A stretch of DNA of 64,000 bases, taken from assembly GCA_963663035.1 (NCBI GenBank), contig OY760074.1, positions 2,048,001 to 2,112,000 on the forward strand, written 5' to 3'. The notes beneath the pieces were generated by a model. That model saw only the letters and a list, made by a program, of their open reading frames with translations. It did no database searches and was not told where the DNA came from. The stretch is from Acidobacteriota bacterium. GTDB taxonomy: Bacteria; Acidobacteriota; UBA6911; RPQK01; JADFOI01. This document shows, piece by piece, positions 49,885 to 59,405 of the stretch. Position 1 is the first letter of the stretch, and each line of letters opens with the position of its first letter. The position numbers and the translations under genes were made by a program.

Positions 49885-51768
49885 TCAATGCATGGGCAGC
49901 GAAGCATCTCTGCGGATCTGGTTAAGCCCGATAAAAAGCAGCACCGCTAGCCCGATTCCGTCGGTGATGAGTTCCGGAGCAATCAGCAGAAAAGCGGAAA
50001 CCCACAGGCAGAGAGTTTCCCACCACCGATTGGGCCTGGACAGATGCCCAATAATGGCTCCTGAAAGGGCCAGAACACCGATGAGCAGTGAGCCCGACGT
50101 TACCGCGATCTCGCTCCAGTCGCCCTGCAAAACGATGGCGGGGTTGAAGACGAAGGCATAGGGTATGATGAAGCCGGCCAGACTCAGTTTAAAAGCTTGC
50201 CAACCCGTTTCCATGATTCCAGCACCGCTGATGCCTGCAGCCACATAAGAAGCCAGGGCCACAGGTGGAGTAACCATGGAGAGAACACAAAAATAAAGGA
50301 CGAAAAGATGGGCCGGAATGATCGGCACACCCATCTTCTGAAGAGCCGGCGCCATCAGAATAGCGCCCATAATGTAAGAGCCGCTGGTGGGCATGCCCAT
50401 TCCCATGATGATGCAGCCGAGCATGATCAGAACCAAGGCTGGCACCAGATAGCCACCGGAGGCCGCAATGATCAGGCTGGAGAACTTGAGCCCAAGCCCG
50501 GTATAGGACACGACCCCTACCACCACACCCGCTGCTGCCGCCGGTACCGTCACGCCCACCGCTCGACGGGCTCCCATTTCCAGAGCCTTCAAGATATCGG
50601 TTGGCGAAGAGCGAGTCCCCCGGTCGACTAAACTGGCTGCCACCACAGCTACAGTGGCCATGAAAGCAGCCCTTTGCAGGGAATATCCGGCAAAGATGAA
50701 GTACACCAGAACGCCCATGGGGAGAAGCAGCACCAAGCGGGACCTGACCTTGGAAAGATCCGGCAAATCCTCTGGCTTCAGCCCCAGCAGCCCCTCCTGC
50801 TTGGCCTTGAGGTCCACCATTAGGAAAATGGCCACATAGTAAGCCAGGGCGGGAATGATGGCGACCAGGGCGACTTGAAGATAGGGAATTCCCACCATCT
50901 CTGCCATGATAAAGGCAGCAGAACCCATAATGGGCGGCATCAATTGTCCACCCGTCGAGGCGACGGCCTCCACTGCACCTGCGAAGCGGGCAGGATAGCC
51001 GGCCTGCTTCATCAGAGGAATCGTAAAGACGCCAGTGGCACTCACATTGGCCACGGCACTGCCGCTGATGGTCCCCATCAGACTGGAGCCAACGATGGCT
51101 CCTTTGGCGGGCCCGCCTCGTCTGGTGCCGGTGAGACGGAAGGCCAGGTCGATAAAGAGTTGTCCACCGCCGGAAACCTCCATAAAGGCCGCGAAGAGAA
51201 TAAAGTAAAAAACATAGTTGGAGATGACACCGGTAGGGATTCCGAAGAGGCCTTGTACGGCCAACGCCTGTTGTTCGGCCAGGTCGCTGAGCGAGATTCC
51301 AGTGTGTCGCAGGAGTCCCGGCATCCAGGGCCCCACCAGTTGATAGACGAGAAAGAGGGAAGCCAGTATCGGCAAGCTCCAGCCCACCACTCGGCGGCAG
51401 GCTTCAAGAGTCAAACCGATGAGAAGCAGGGCAATGACAATGTCCAGAGGGTGGAGCGGATCAACAAAGTTCATCCGGGAAATGAGCCGATCGTAGTTCC
51501 ACACCAGGTGGGCGCCCCCGACCAATGACAGGCCACTCAAGAGCAGGTCATACCAGGCCACGCCTCCCCAGAAGGTTTGTCCTTCTTTCCCCCTGGCTGG
51601 CCCCTGGACCGGATAGATCAGGAAGGCCAGGGAGAGGGCAAACACAAGATGTACGGGGCGTTGGATCATTTCCGGATAGAAACCAGCCCCGGCTGTGTAC
51701 AACTGGAACACCGACCAGGCGATTGCGAGGAGAGGGGTCAGGCGAAGGTATCGCTTCAACATCTTCAC
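49885..51768 (-). CDS. TRAP fused permease (TAXI-associated)
   Basis: GGPAK, GTISGSAVAN, ASTGGQLMPPIMG and TPPVALA. Confidence 0.93.
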   Translation of the reverse strand: MKMLKRYLRLTPLLAIAWSVFQLYTAGAGFYPEMIQRPVHLVFALSLAFLIYPVQGPARGKEGQTFWGGVAWYDLLLSGLSLVGGAHLVWNYDRLISRMNFVDPLHPLDIVIALLLIGLTLEACRRVVGWSLPILASLFLVYQLVGPWMPGLLRHTGISLSDLAEQQALAVQGLFGIPTGVISNYVFYFILFAAFMEVSGGGQLFIDLAFRLTGTRRGGPAKGAIVGSSLMGTISGSAVANVSATGVFTIPLMKQAGYPARFAGAVEAVASTGGQLMPPIMGSAAFIMAEMVGIPYLQVALVAIIPALAYYVAIFLMVDLKAKQEGLLGLKPEDLPDLSKVRSRLVLLLPMGVLVYFIFAGYSLQRAAFMATVAVVAASLVDRGTRSSPTDILKALEMGARRAVGVTVPAAAAGVVVGVVSYTGLGLKFSSLIIAASGGYLVPALVLIMLGCIIMGMGMPTSGSYIMGAILMAPALQKMGVPIIPAHLFVLYFCVLSMVTPPVALASYVAAGISGAGIMETGWQAFKLSLAGFIIPYAFVFNPAIVLQGDWSEIAVTSGSLLIGVLALSGAIIGHLSRPNRWWETLCLWVSAFLLIAPELITDGIGLAVLLFIGLNQIRRDASLPMH

Positions 51769-51795
51769 AACCTGTCTGCAAAGAGGGGGGGGAAA

Positions 51796-52929
51796 CTACT
51801 CCAGAAGACCAGCTTCCCGGTAATAGCGCTCCGCACCCGGATGCAGGGGAACACCCACTTTGCTGAACGCCAGAGAGGGGTCGAACTCCTGTAGGCCCTT
51901 GTGCGCTGCTGCCAGTTCATCCTTGCGCTCAATGACCGTTTTAGTGATCAAGTAAGCGACGTCGTCAGGCATCCTGGTGGTGGCATCCAGCGTCACTGAC
52001 CAGCCAACGGTGTGCACATCCTGGTCCTGCCCCCTGAAGTTGCCGGCAGGAAGCACCAACAGGTCCATCTCGTATTCCTGCTCCAGCCAGCGGGCAATAT
52101 CGTCGGGAAGGGATAGAAACTTGACAGAGCTCAGGACGGAGATCTCTGTGATGGAGGGATGCGCCTTGGGAGTGCCATGGACCAAAAGGTCCGCTCTACC
52201 GTCCTGAAAGGCCGTCTTGATCACATCAAAGGAGGTATTATGCACTGAGCTACCCCAGGCCTTGATGTCTTCATAGCCCAGGCCGAGGGCCTCCAAAAGC
52301 ATCCGCGCGGCCTGCTCGCCCTGACCACCCACCGTGATGGTGTACAGTGAGACCGGCATCTTGGTTTCCTTCAGCTCCTTCAGGGACTGAATGGGCAGGT
52401 CCTTGCGGGCGAGCACCAGGAGATAGTACAGGTCAAAGGCGCCCACCAGTGCACGCAGGCTCTCCGCCTGGGTCTCATAGATCAGCCGACCCTGCCGAGC
52501 CCAGCGGGTGTTGACGGCAAAGTTTATGGCAAAATCAGCCTTGCCTTCCTGAAGCAGTCTGGGATTGGCGACCCCGCCAGCCAGAGGCAAGACATCCAGG
52601 CTGGAACCGGGAGGCAGCTGAGGTCGGAGAAGTTCGGCGATACTCGCTCCATAGGCATACCAGGCAGTCCCTTCTGTGAATGTAGCGAAGCGCAGTTGCA
52701 CCGGCTCTTTCAGAATGCTCTCGGAGGTCATCTCCCCTGAGGAAGTCTGGGAGGACGAACCACAGCCCACAAGCGCTAAAAGGAAAAGCAGCGATGCCCA
52801 CAGCAGAGGCAGAAGAACCCAATGGTTCCTCATTGAAGAAAAAGACCACCTGGGGCCAACCTGAAATGTACTGGGCCTCATTTTCACCCCCATGTCACTT
52901 GATCTGTCCTCTACAGTCGGGCTGAACAA
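51796..52929 (-). CDS. TAXI-family TRAP receptor (true start probably downstream)
   Basis: GGVANP and PLHPGAERYYRE; lipobox LVGC. Confidence 0.88.
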   Translation of the reverse strand: MFSPTVEDRSSDMGVKMRPSTFQVGPRWSFSSMRNHWVLLPLLWASLLFLLALVGCGSSSQTSSGEMTSESILKEPVQLRFATFTEGTAWYAYGASIAELLRPQLPPGSSLDVLPLAGGVANPRLLQEGKADFAINFAVNTRWARQGRLIYETQAESLRALVGAFDLYYLLVLARKDLPIQSLKELKETKMPVSLYTITVGGQGEQAARMLLEALGLGYEDIKAWGSSVHNTSFDVIKTAFQDGRADLLVHGTPKAHPSITEISVLSSVKFLSLPDDIARWLEQEYEMDLLVLPAGNFRGQDQDVHTVGWSVTLDATTRMPDDVAYLITKTVIERKDELAAAHKGLQEFDPSLAFSKVGVPLHPGAERYYREAGLLE

Positions 52930-52984
52930 CCGGAGATCTTATGTTACACCACAGCTGGTCAGGATGAAACGAAGCCTCTCCTCT

Positions 52985-55384
52985 TCAGTGCTGGAGAGCC
53001 TTCATGATCTTCTCTGGAGTCATGGGTAAGGAGGTGATTTTGACCTGGAAGGGAGAAAGGGCATCTTCAACTGCATTGGCAATTGCAGCAAGAGAGGTGA
53101 TGCTTCCCCCTTCTCCTACGGCCTTACTGCCGAGTAAGGTAAAGGGGCAGGGAGACTCCATATGCTCGATCTCAAGCCTGGGCAGCCCAAGAAAAGTCGG
53201 CTTCAAGTAGTCCATGAATGTACTGGAGAGGAGTTGCCCATCTTCGGCGTAAACGAAGTCCTCACAGAGCGAAGCTCCTATTCCATGAACTGTGGAACCT
53301 ATCAGCATCCCTTCAACGATCCCGGGGTTGATTTGTCTACCGCAGTCATGAACGATGACATAGCGAAGGAAGTGCACCATCCCCGTCTCCACATCCACTT
53401 CCACAACGACCACGTGCACAGAATTGGAATGTGTGGTTTGGACGTTGAAATCGGTTCTGCTGGGTAGTTTGGTGTATGGGCTCCTATAGTAAGCTATCTC
53501 CTTTAGTCCCGGCTCCAGGTCCTCGGGCAGCAAGAGAATCTGCTTATAGGCTAAAGAAGCGACCTCCTGGAATGAAACAGCCTTTCCCTTTCCCTTACCC
53601 TTCCCCGTACACACCTTTCCTTCCCTCAACTCCAGGTCCGTTTCATCCACTTTCAACATATGGGCGGCGATCTTTCGAATCTTATCTCTGACCTTCTTAG
53701 TCGCCATAATCACTGCACCCAGATCCACGTCGTTGAACTTGTTGGAGTAGACTCCGGAATGGCCAAGGAAGGGAGAGACAAGAGAATCGATCCGGCTCTC
53801 CACCGAAACTCTCTCAAGGGTAATGCCCAGCATATCAGCGACCACTTGAGCAGCAGTCGTCGTATGACCTTGTCCCGAGTCCATAGAACCCAGGAGAACC
53901 TGTACATTTCCGTCAAAATCCATCCCTACAATGGCACCATCAGCGTTCCCCATGTACTCTGGAGTACCCCTGGAGGTGTAGTAATAGCCAAGGTTGGAGG
54001 TGCCCGGTTCGATACCTGCGCTGATCCCTATCCCGATGTACCTTCCCTTCTTTCTTTCCTCTTCCCGCTGCTTCTTCCGCTCTTCATACCCGACCCGTGT
54101 CAGAGCTTTCTTTAGACACTCGGGATAATTGCCGCTCTCATAGATTTCGCCGGACGGGGTTGTGTAGGGCATCTGCTCTGGCTGAACAAAGTTCCTGAAC
54201 CTCACCTCAGAGGGATCCAGGCCGAGTCTCTTAGCGACGATATCCACCATCCTCTCCAATACGAAAATCATGGCCGGCTTCCCAACTCCCCGGTTCTGAA
54301 CTGTGGGACCTTTATTGGTCACCACACTGATCAGCTCGGCCCTGGTGCCCGTAATGTTGTAGCATCCAACCATGGTCGCGAACTTTATGAGCGCATAGAT
54401 GCCTGTGGTGTGGATGAAGGAACCGTCATTCTCTGTGTCCTTCAGGGCAAGACCCAGGATCCTTCCATCCTTTCGCACAGCCAGCTCAATCTCAAGATGG
54501 GCGTCAGGGGCATGAGATCCGGCCGTTAAGTTTGCGGTTCTTGTTTGTATCCACTTGACCGGTTTATCCACTTTCTTGGCGAGAAGAGAAAGTATGACCA
54601 TGTGGGGCCATATCGCCAACTTGAGGCCGAATGAGCCCCCGATGTCGGGAACGATGAGCCTCAACTGGTTAGTGGAAATGCCCAAGCATCGACAGACGTT
54701 GACAATGCTCCTTCCGTGCTGCTGGTCATTGGCCCACACGACGAAAGAGTCGTTTGCCCGTTCATACTCTGCGATGATCGCCCAGGTCTCCAGAGGTGTT
54801 GAACTGTACCTTTGGATTTTGAATGTCTCTTGAACGATGAGATCGGCTTCTTTGTAAGCCTCCTCCAGGCTGCCATGCTCCATCACATCATGGAGCAGGA
54901 CATTGCTCCCAGCTTCCTCAAAGACCAAGGGGGCATCTTCCTTGAGTGCATCCGAGATGTGAACGAGCGGGGTCAGGAGTTCATAATCCACCTTGATGAG
55001 CTCAAGGGCATCCTCGGCGATGTAGGCGTCCTGGGCAACTATGGCGGCGACCGGTTCTCCAACATAGCGGACCTTGTCCACCGCCATTGGGTATTGGATT
55101 GCAGTTTTGGTGATGGCTCTGCCGGGTATCGGCCTGGTCTGCTCAGCTACCTCTTTTCCCGTGATGACGGCCATGACCCCCGGCAGCTTTTCAGCCTCAC
55201 TGGTGTCGATCGCCTGAATTCGAGCGTGGGCCAAAGGACTTCCCAAGACCGCTGCATGGTGGCAATCCATATTCAGATCATCAATGTAGAGGGCCTCCCC
55301 CCGGACCAGCCGACTATCCTCTTTTCTTGGGCTGGGCTTTCCCACCCAATTTCTCGTCACCAGAATGTCCTCCAACTTCATCAT
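52985..55384 (-). CDS. Xanthine dehydrogenase-family Moco large subunit
   Basis: VRYVGEP, GGSFG, GQGH, HDCGRQINP and KAVGEGG. Confidence 0.92.
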   Translation of the reverse strand: MMKLEDILVTRNWVGKPSPRKEDSRLVRGEALYIDDLNMDCHHAAVLGSPLAHARIQAIDTSEAEKLPGVMAVITGKEVAEQTRPIPGRAITKTAIQYPMAVDKVRYVGEPVAAIVAQDAYIAEDALELIKVDYELLTPLVHISDALKEDAPLVFEEAGSNVLLHDVMEHGSLEEAYKEADLIVQETFKIQRYSSTPLETWAIIAEYERANDSFVVWANDQQHGRSIVNVCRCLGISTNQLRLIVPDIGGSFGLKLAIWPHMVILSLLAKKVDKPVKWIQTRTANLTAGSHAPDAHLEIELAVRKDGRILGLALKDTENDGSFIHTTGIYALIKFATMVGCYNITGTRAELISVVTNKGPTVQNRGVGKPAMIFVLERMVDIVAKRLGLDPSEVRFRNFVQPEQMPYTTPSGEIYESGNYPECLKKALTRVGYEERKKQREEERKKGRYIGIGISAGIEPGTSNLGYYYTSRGTPEYMGNADGAIVGMDFDGNVQVLLGSMDSGQGHTTTAAQVVADMLGITLERVSVESRIDSLVSPFLGHSGVYSNKFNDVDLGAVIMATKKVRDKIRKIAAHMLKVDETDLELREGKVCTGKGKGKGKAVSFQEVASLAYKQILLLPEDLEPGLKEIAYYRSPYTKLPSRTDFNVQTTHSNSVHVVVVEVDVETGMVHFLRYVIVHDCGRQINPGIVEGMLIGSTVHGIGASLCEDFVYAEDGQLLSSTFMDYLKPTFLGLPRLEIEHMESPCPFTLLGSKAVGEGGSITSLAAIANAVEDALSPFQVKITSLPMTPEKIMKALQH

Positions 55385-55863
55385 GGGTCTTTTCTCTCTA
55401 CTCTCCTGATCCTTTCAGCCGCATACTTCACAGCATCCACAATCTGCTGATAGCCCGTGCACATGCACAGGTTTCCGACCAGCGCCCTTCTGATCTCTTC
55501 CTCATCAGGCTCTGGATTGCCCTGGAGCAAGAAGTAGGAAGTCATAATCATGCCAGGGGTGCAATAGCCACACTGCACAGCAAATCGCTCCCTGAAGGCC
55601 TCTTGCACTGGGTGCAGATCTTCAGCTGCCAGACCTTCTATGGTCGTGATCTCAAAGCCATCCGCACCAACCGCCAGCATCATGCACGACTTGATCGCTC
55701 TCCCCTGGCAGATCACCGTGCAGGCCCCGCAATGTCCGGTGTCGCAGCCTACATGGGTTCCCGTGAGACGGGCCTTTTCTCTGATGTAATGGACAAGCAG
55801 AAGCCGGGCCTCCACATCGTGTTGAAAGTCTTTCCCATTAATTCTCAATTGGATCTCGTGCAT
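55381..55863 (-). CDS. (2Fe-2S) small subunit, CoxS/XdhC-like
   Basis: GCDTGHCGACTV, QCGYCTPG and GNLCMCTGY. Confidence 0.93.
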   Translation of the reverse strand: MHEIQLRINGKDFQHDVEARLLLVHYIREKARLTGTHVGCDTGHCGACTVICQGRAIKSCMMLAVGADGFEITTIEGLAAEDLHPVQEAFRERFAVQCGYCTPGMIMTSYFLLQGNPEPDEEEIRRALVGNLCMCTGYQQIVDAVKYAAERIRRVERKDP

Positions 55864-55973
55864 GATGTCCCTGCTAGGTTGATGCCCCGTCGCCACAAGA
55901 TACTCGGAAGCAAATCGACAGTCAACAACCTGACTCACGAGTCTTTTCTATCGACTAAATCGATCAAAAAACC

Positions 55974-56122
55974 GTTTGCACAACCCCTCAACCGGGAGCC
56001 CAAAAACGGTGTTTCAGAAGGGTGTGGAAAAAGCTGTGGATAAGCTGGTGCTCTTTTCTCTGAAAAACATGTCACAGAACTTCCTCACGGAAATCCGAGT
56101 TTTGCACAATAAATGTGCATCA
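55974..56122. promoter_or_regulatory. Cluster of DnaA-box-like 9-mers
   Basis: TGTGGATAA 56035, TGTGGAAAA 56023 and TTTTGCACA 56100 fit TTWTNCACA; one-mismatch boxes at 55974 and 56114. Confidence 0.55.
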
Positions 56123-56141
56123 TTTTTTTTATCTTTTTCTC

Positions 56142-56169
56142 TTGTTTCCGGTTCGCAACTGGATAGAAT
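56142..56169 (+). promoter_or_regulatory. Putative sigma70 promoter of the ncRNA candidate
   Basis: TTGTTT-16-TAGAAT, ending 7 nt before the terminal stem, with a T-rich tract upstream. Confidence 0.55.
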
Positions 56170-56175
56170 TAGAAC

Positions 56176-56614
56176 TGTCCCAAGGGGTAAACGCAATGAG
56201 CCGAAACCCTGAGGCGGCGACCCCGAGTCGGAAAGATCTGCTATCAGGCTTCGGTCGAAGTAGCAGGGAAGCCAGCAAGGGGGGGAAGCCGAAACCTACT
56301 TGCTTCGGTAAGGGGGGGAACGGTTGAACCGGACCGAGAGGAAAACCGGTTTTCTTCGGAAAGCAGGGAGCATACTTCGGGACGGGACGTAGCCGGGAAC
56401 TTCCATTTTGATGGGATTCTCGAAAGAGAAAAGTCAAGGTGGGAAGGGCGGCCCGCTTTCTGGGTTGTCAGTTGCGCTCTTCGGAGTGTAGCCGGCGGTT
56501 TGGGGGTGTGGGTCAACCACTTGAGAAGCTGAGAAACCGATTTTTAACGAGGTCGGGAAAGAGGGCTTCCCAAGCCATCAGATTTGGCTCTCTCTGCGGA
56601 TATCACTTGGGACA
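56176..56614 (+). ncRNA. Large structured non-coding RNA candidate, family unknown
   Basis: 5' and 3' ends pair; nested long-range helices; several cUUCGg and GNRA loops; many G-U pairs; T-rich tail; no credible ORF. Confidence 0.8.
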
Positions 56615-56643
56615 TTTATTTATCCTCTCTTTTTCTTTATTAG

Positions 56644-56853
56644 CCCGCATTATCCATAAATTTTCTGCTGCAGTGTCGCAATCATCCACGCTGACGACGT
56701 TGTGCGACCCGCAAAGCGGGTACCCCTTGCGCTCCTCGACGTACTGCAAGAGTACGTCTGCGCGGGGCGCGACCCGCAAGCGGGTACCCCTCACACGCCT
56801 TGTCATCGCGGCGCTTGCACCACTTCGCTAAGAAAACCTATGGGAAATGCGGG
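56644..56853. mobile_element. IS1380-like MITE copy 4
   Basis: Ends CCCGCATTATCCATA / TATGGGAAATGCGGG; flanks TTAG/CTAG; the right flank is the lipoprotein stop. Confidence 0.88.
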
Positions 56854-57342
56854 CTAGTCCACCTTCTGATAGACGTACCTGAACTCAGGGGATCCGGCTG
56901 GAGCAATGAAGAGCTGGTCTTCCTCCTGGCTAAAGATAAATTCAGAGGTGGTGCCGTCACGGTCGGGGTTCAGTGTGGAAGTCCAGGTCGCTGTCACTAT
57001 CTCTCCCTCAAGGGTAAAGGTTCCGCAGGCAGAGTTGGCAGCAGTGAAGGCTGCAGCTGCCTTTCTCATTGCCTCCTCGTCAGACTCGTCCTGGACGAAG
57101 TTCTCTCGCTCTTTATCGACGCGCAGATGGCACAGAGAGCCATCCTGAACAATCATTAGGCCTTTCTGGGTTGAGCTCGGCCCATTGGGAGAATCCAGGC
57201 GAAGCAGTTGGTAGACCCCATTGTACCGTTCGACACTTGACTCGGCTTGGGGAGTCACTTCGGTGGCGGTGGCGGCTCCTCCGCTGCAAGCCATTACAGC
57301 CATAGCACTGCTGAGAGACAACAAAGCCATCAGGTTCTTCAT
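56854..57342 (-). CDS. Hypothetical lipoprotein (lipocalin-like possible)
   Basis: Lipobox VMAC; GVYQL strand; GAGGAGG RBS. Confidence 0.75.
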   Translation of the reverse strand: MKNLMALLSLSSAMAVMACSGGAATATEVTPQAESSVERYNGVYQLLRLDSPNGPSSTQKGLMIVQDGSLCHLRVDKERENFVQDESDEEAMRKAAAAFTAANSACGTFTLEGEIVTATWTSTLNPDRDGTTSEFIFSQEEDQLFIAPAGSPEFRYVYQKVD

Positions 57343-57430
57343 ACGATCCTCCTCTTGACACTAATCAACATTTTCATGCTATCGTGCGCCAGAGGAGTTT
57401 AAATGGTTGCAGCTTGCAGGTCAACCCTAG

Positions 57431-57621
57431 CCCGAATTATGCATAGGTTTTCGTAGCGAAGTGGCGCAGGCGCCGCAATGACAAGGCGTGTGAGGGGTAC
57501 CCGCTTGCGGGTCGCGCCCCGCAGACGTACTCCTGCAGTACGTCGAGGAGCGCAAGGAAACACAACGCCGACAGAGCGGATGATTGCGACACTGTAGCAG
57601 AAAATTTATGCATAATATGGG
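57431..57621. mobile_element. IS1380-like MITE copy 5
   Basis: Ends CCCGAATTATGCATA / TATGCATAATATGGG; CTAG duplication. Confidence 0.9.
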
Positions 57622-57654
57622 CTAGTAGGTGCAAAAGACTGGAGAGGCAGATAA

Positions 57655-58704
57655 GTGGAAAAGATCCCGGTAGGAATTTTAGGTGCCACTGGGGCGGTAG
57701 GACAGAAGTTCATTCTGCTCTTGACTGATCATCCCTGGTTTGAACTCCGGGAGTTGGCCGCCTCCGAGCAATCATCAGGAAATCGATATCAAGATGTCGT
57801 CTCCTGGAGACAGGCGAGTCCGATTCCGGAAACCATCCGAGAAATGATGGTCAAAGACTGCGAACCGAATCTCGACTGTAAGATTGTTTTTTCTGGTCTG
57901 GATTCCTCAGTGGCCGGAAACATTGAAGAGTCTTTCGCCCAAGCGGGATACTGGGTGTTTTCCAATGCCATGAATCACCGCATGGATCCCGATGTTCCGC
58001 TGGTGATCACGGAGCTCAACCCTGAGCACCTGAACATCATTCCCCACCAGCAGAAGACTCGAGGCTGGGAGGGGGCCATCCTCACCAACGCCAATTGCTC
58101 CGCGATTGTCCTGGCTCTCTCGCTTGGACCACTTCACAAGAGGTTCGGACTGGAGACTGTCCATGCGGTAACTTTCCAAGCGGTCTCGGGTGCCGGCTAT
58201 CCCGGTGTCCCCTCACTGGACATCCTGGGAAACGTCATTCCCTTTATTCCTGGAGAAGAAGAAAAGATGGAAAGTGAGACCCGAAAGATCTTAGGTGTAC
58301 TGGATCAGGATCGGTTTCGTCCGGCCGCTTTCACAGTCAGCACTCATGCGAATCGAGTGCCGGTTGAGGAGGGTCACCTGGAATGTGTTTCGGTCAAGCT
58401 GAAGGAGAAGGCTCCGCTGGAAGAAGTGATTCGATGCTGGCAGGAATTTACTGGACCAGATCATGAATTGAAGCTTCCCTCAGCCCCCCAGCACCCTGTG
58501 GTGGTGGTTTCAGAAGAGGATGGTCCCCAACCTCGCCGAGACGTCTGGAAATACCAGGGGATGAGTGCTCTGATAGGGCGTGTCCGCCCCTGTCCACTTT
58601 TTGACATCAAGTATGTTGTGCTCGGACATAACACCATCCGGGGAGCCGCCGGAGCCTCAGTGCTCAATGCGGAGTTGGTCCTCAAGAAAGGGATGTTGGA
58701 GTAG
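57655..58704 (+). CDS. asd: Aspartate-semialdehyde dehydrogenase
   Basis: GATGAVGQ, NANCS, QAVSGAG and HNTIRGAAG. Confidence 0.95.
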   Translation: MEKIPVGILGATGAVGQKFILLLTDHPWFELRELAASEQSSGNRYQDVVSWRQASPIPETIREMMVKDCEPNLDCKIVFSGLDSSVAGNIEESFAQAGYWVFSNAMNHRMDPDVPLVITELNPEHLNIIPHQQKTRGWEGAILTNANCSAIVLALSLGPLHKRFGLETVHAVTFQAVSGAGYPGVPSLDILGNVIPFIPGEEEKMESETRKILGVLDQDRFRPAAFTVSTHANRVPVEEGHLECVSVKLKEKAPLEEVIRCWQEFTGPDHELKLPSAPQHPVVVVSEEDGPQPRRDVWKYQGMSALIGRVRPCPLFDIKYVVLGHNTIRGAAGASVLNAELVLKKGMLE

Positions 58705-58709
58705 GCCCC

Positions 58710-59405
58710 ATGCGAATTACCCTTATAGGCTACGGCAAGATGGGAAGAAAGGTAGAGGAGGTGAGCCGTGACCAAGGCCACGAAGTTGTCCACACGATCG
58801 ATATCGACAACCTTGCCTCTGAAGCCGGATTCTCAGGAGAATGGGTCAAGATGACTGATGTCCTCATCGATTTTTCCACAGCAGCTACCGTGGTGACGAA
58901 TGTCCAGAATGCCGCCCGCGCGAAGATTCCCATAGTGGAAGGGACCACTGGTTGGAATGAACAGTTGAAGAAGGTTCAGCAGATCGTGGAGAGCCAGGGT
59001 GGAACCTGCGTCTATTCCAGCAACTTCAGTATGGGGGTTCAGAGTCTCTTCCACCTGACACGACAGGCTGGGAAGCTGCTTTCTCGTTTTGAAGATTTCC
59101 ATCCCTTTATCGTGGAATCTCATCACACTCAGAAGATCGATGCACCCTCGGGCACGGCACTGACATTGCGCAAAATTCTCGAGGAATCGTACAGCTCAGA
59201 GGTACCCACTTCGAGCCTGCGGGTTGGTTTTATCCCCGGAAACCACCTTGTGGGCTTTGACTCTCCCTTTGATACTCTGACGCTGGAGCACAGGGCGCGA
59301 AGCCGGGAGGGCTTTGCTAGAGGAGCGCTCTTTGCTGCCCAGTGGGTCCAGGGTAAAACAGGCTTGTATCGCTTCGAAGACGTCCTTTTCGGTGAAGAAA
59401 CATGA
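58710..59405 (+). CDS. dapB: 4-hydroxy-tetrahydrodipicolinate reductase
   Basis: GYGKMG, GTTG and ESHHTQKIDAPSGTA. Confidence 0.95.
   Translation: MRITLIGYGKMGRKVEEVSRDQGHEVVHTIDIDNLASEAGFSGEWVKMTDVLIDFSTAATVVTNVQNAARAKIPIVEGTTGWNEQLKKVQQIVESQGGTCVYSSNFSMGVQSLFHLTRQAGKLLSRFEDFHPFIVESHHTQKIDAPSGTALTLRKILEESYSSEVPTSSLRVGFIPGNHLVGFDSPFDTLTLEHRARSREGFARGALFAAQWVQGKTGLYRFEDVLFGEET

Noticed and set aside
52985-55863. Aerobic CO dehydrogenase (coxL/coxS)
   Set aside because: Lacks the AYxCSFR motif, coxM and accessory genes.
56176-56614. RNase P, tmRNA, SRP, 6S, cobalamin riboswitch or intron as the identity of the structured RNA
   Set aside because: No GAGGAAAGUCC or CGGCUUA (RNase P) and no tRNA-like ends (tmRNA). 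CAGG..GAAGTAGC is capped by UUCG rather than the SRP GNRA. It is too long and branched for 6S. GGGAA-CGGT lacks a B12 box and a downstream gene. No intron catalytic motifs were seen.
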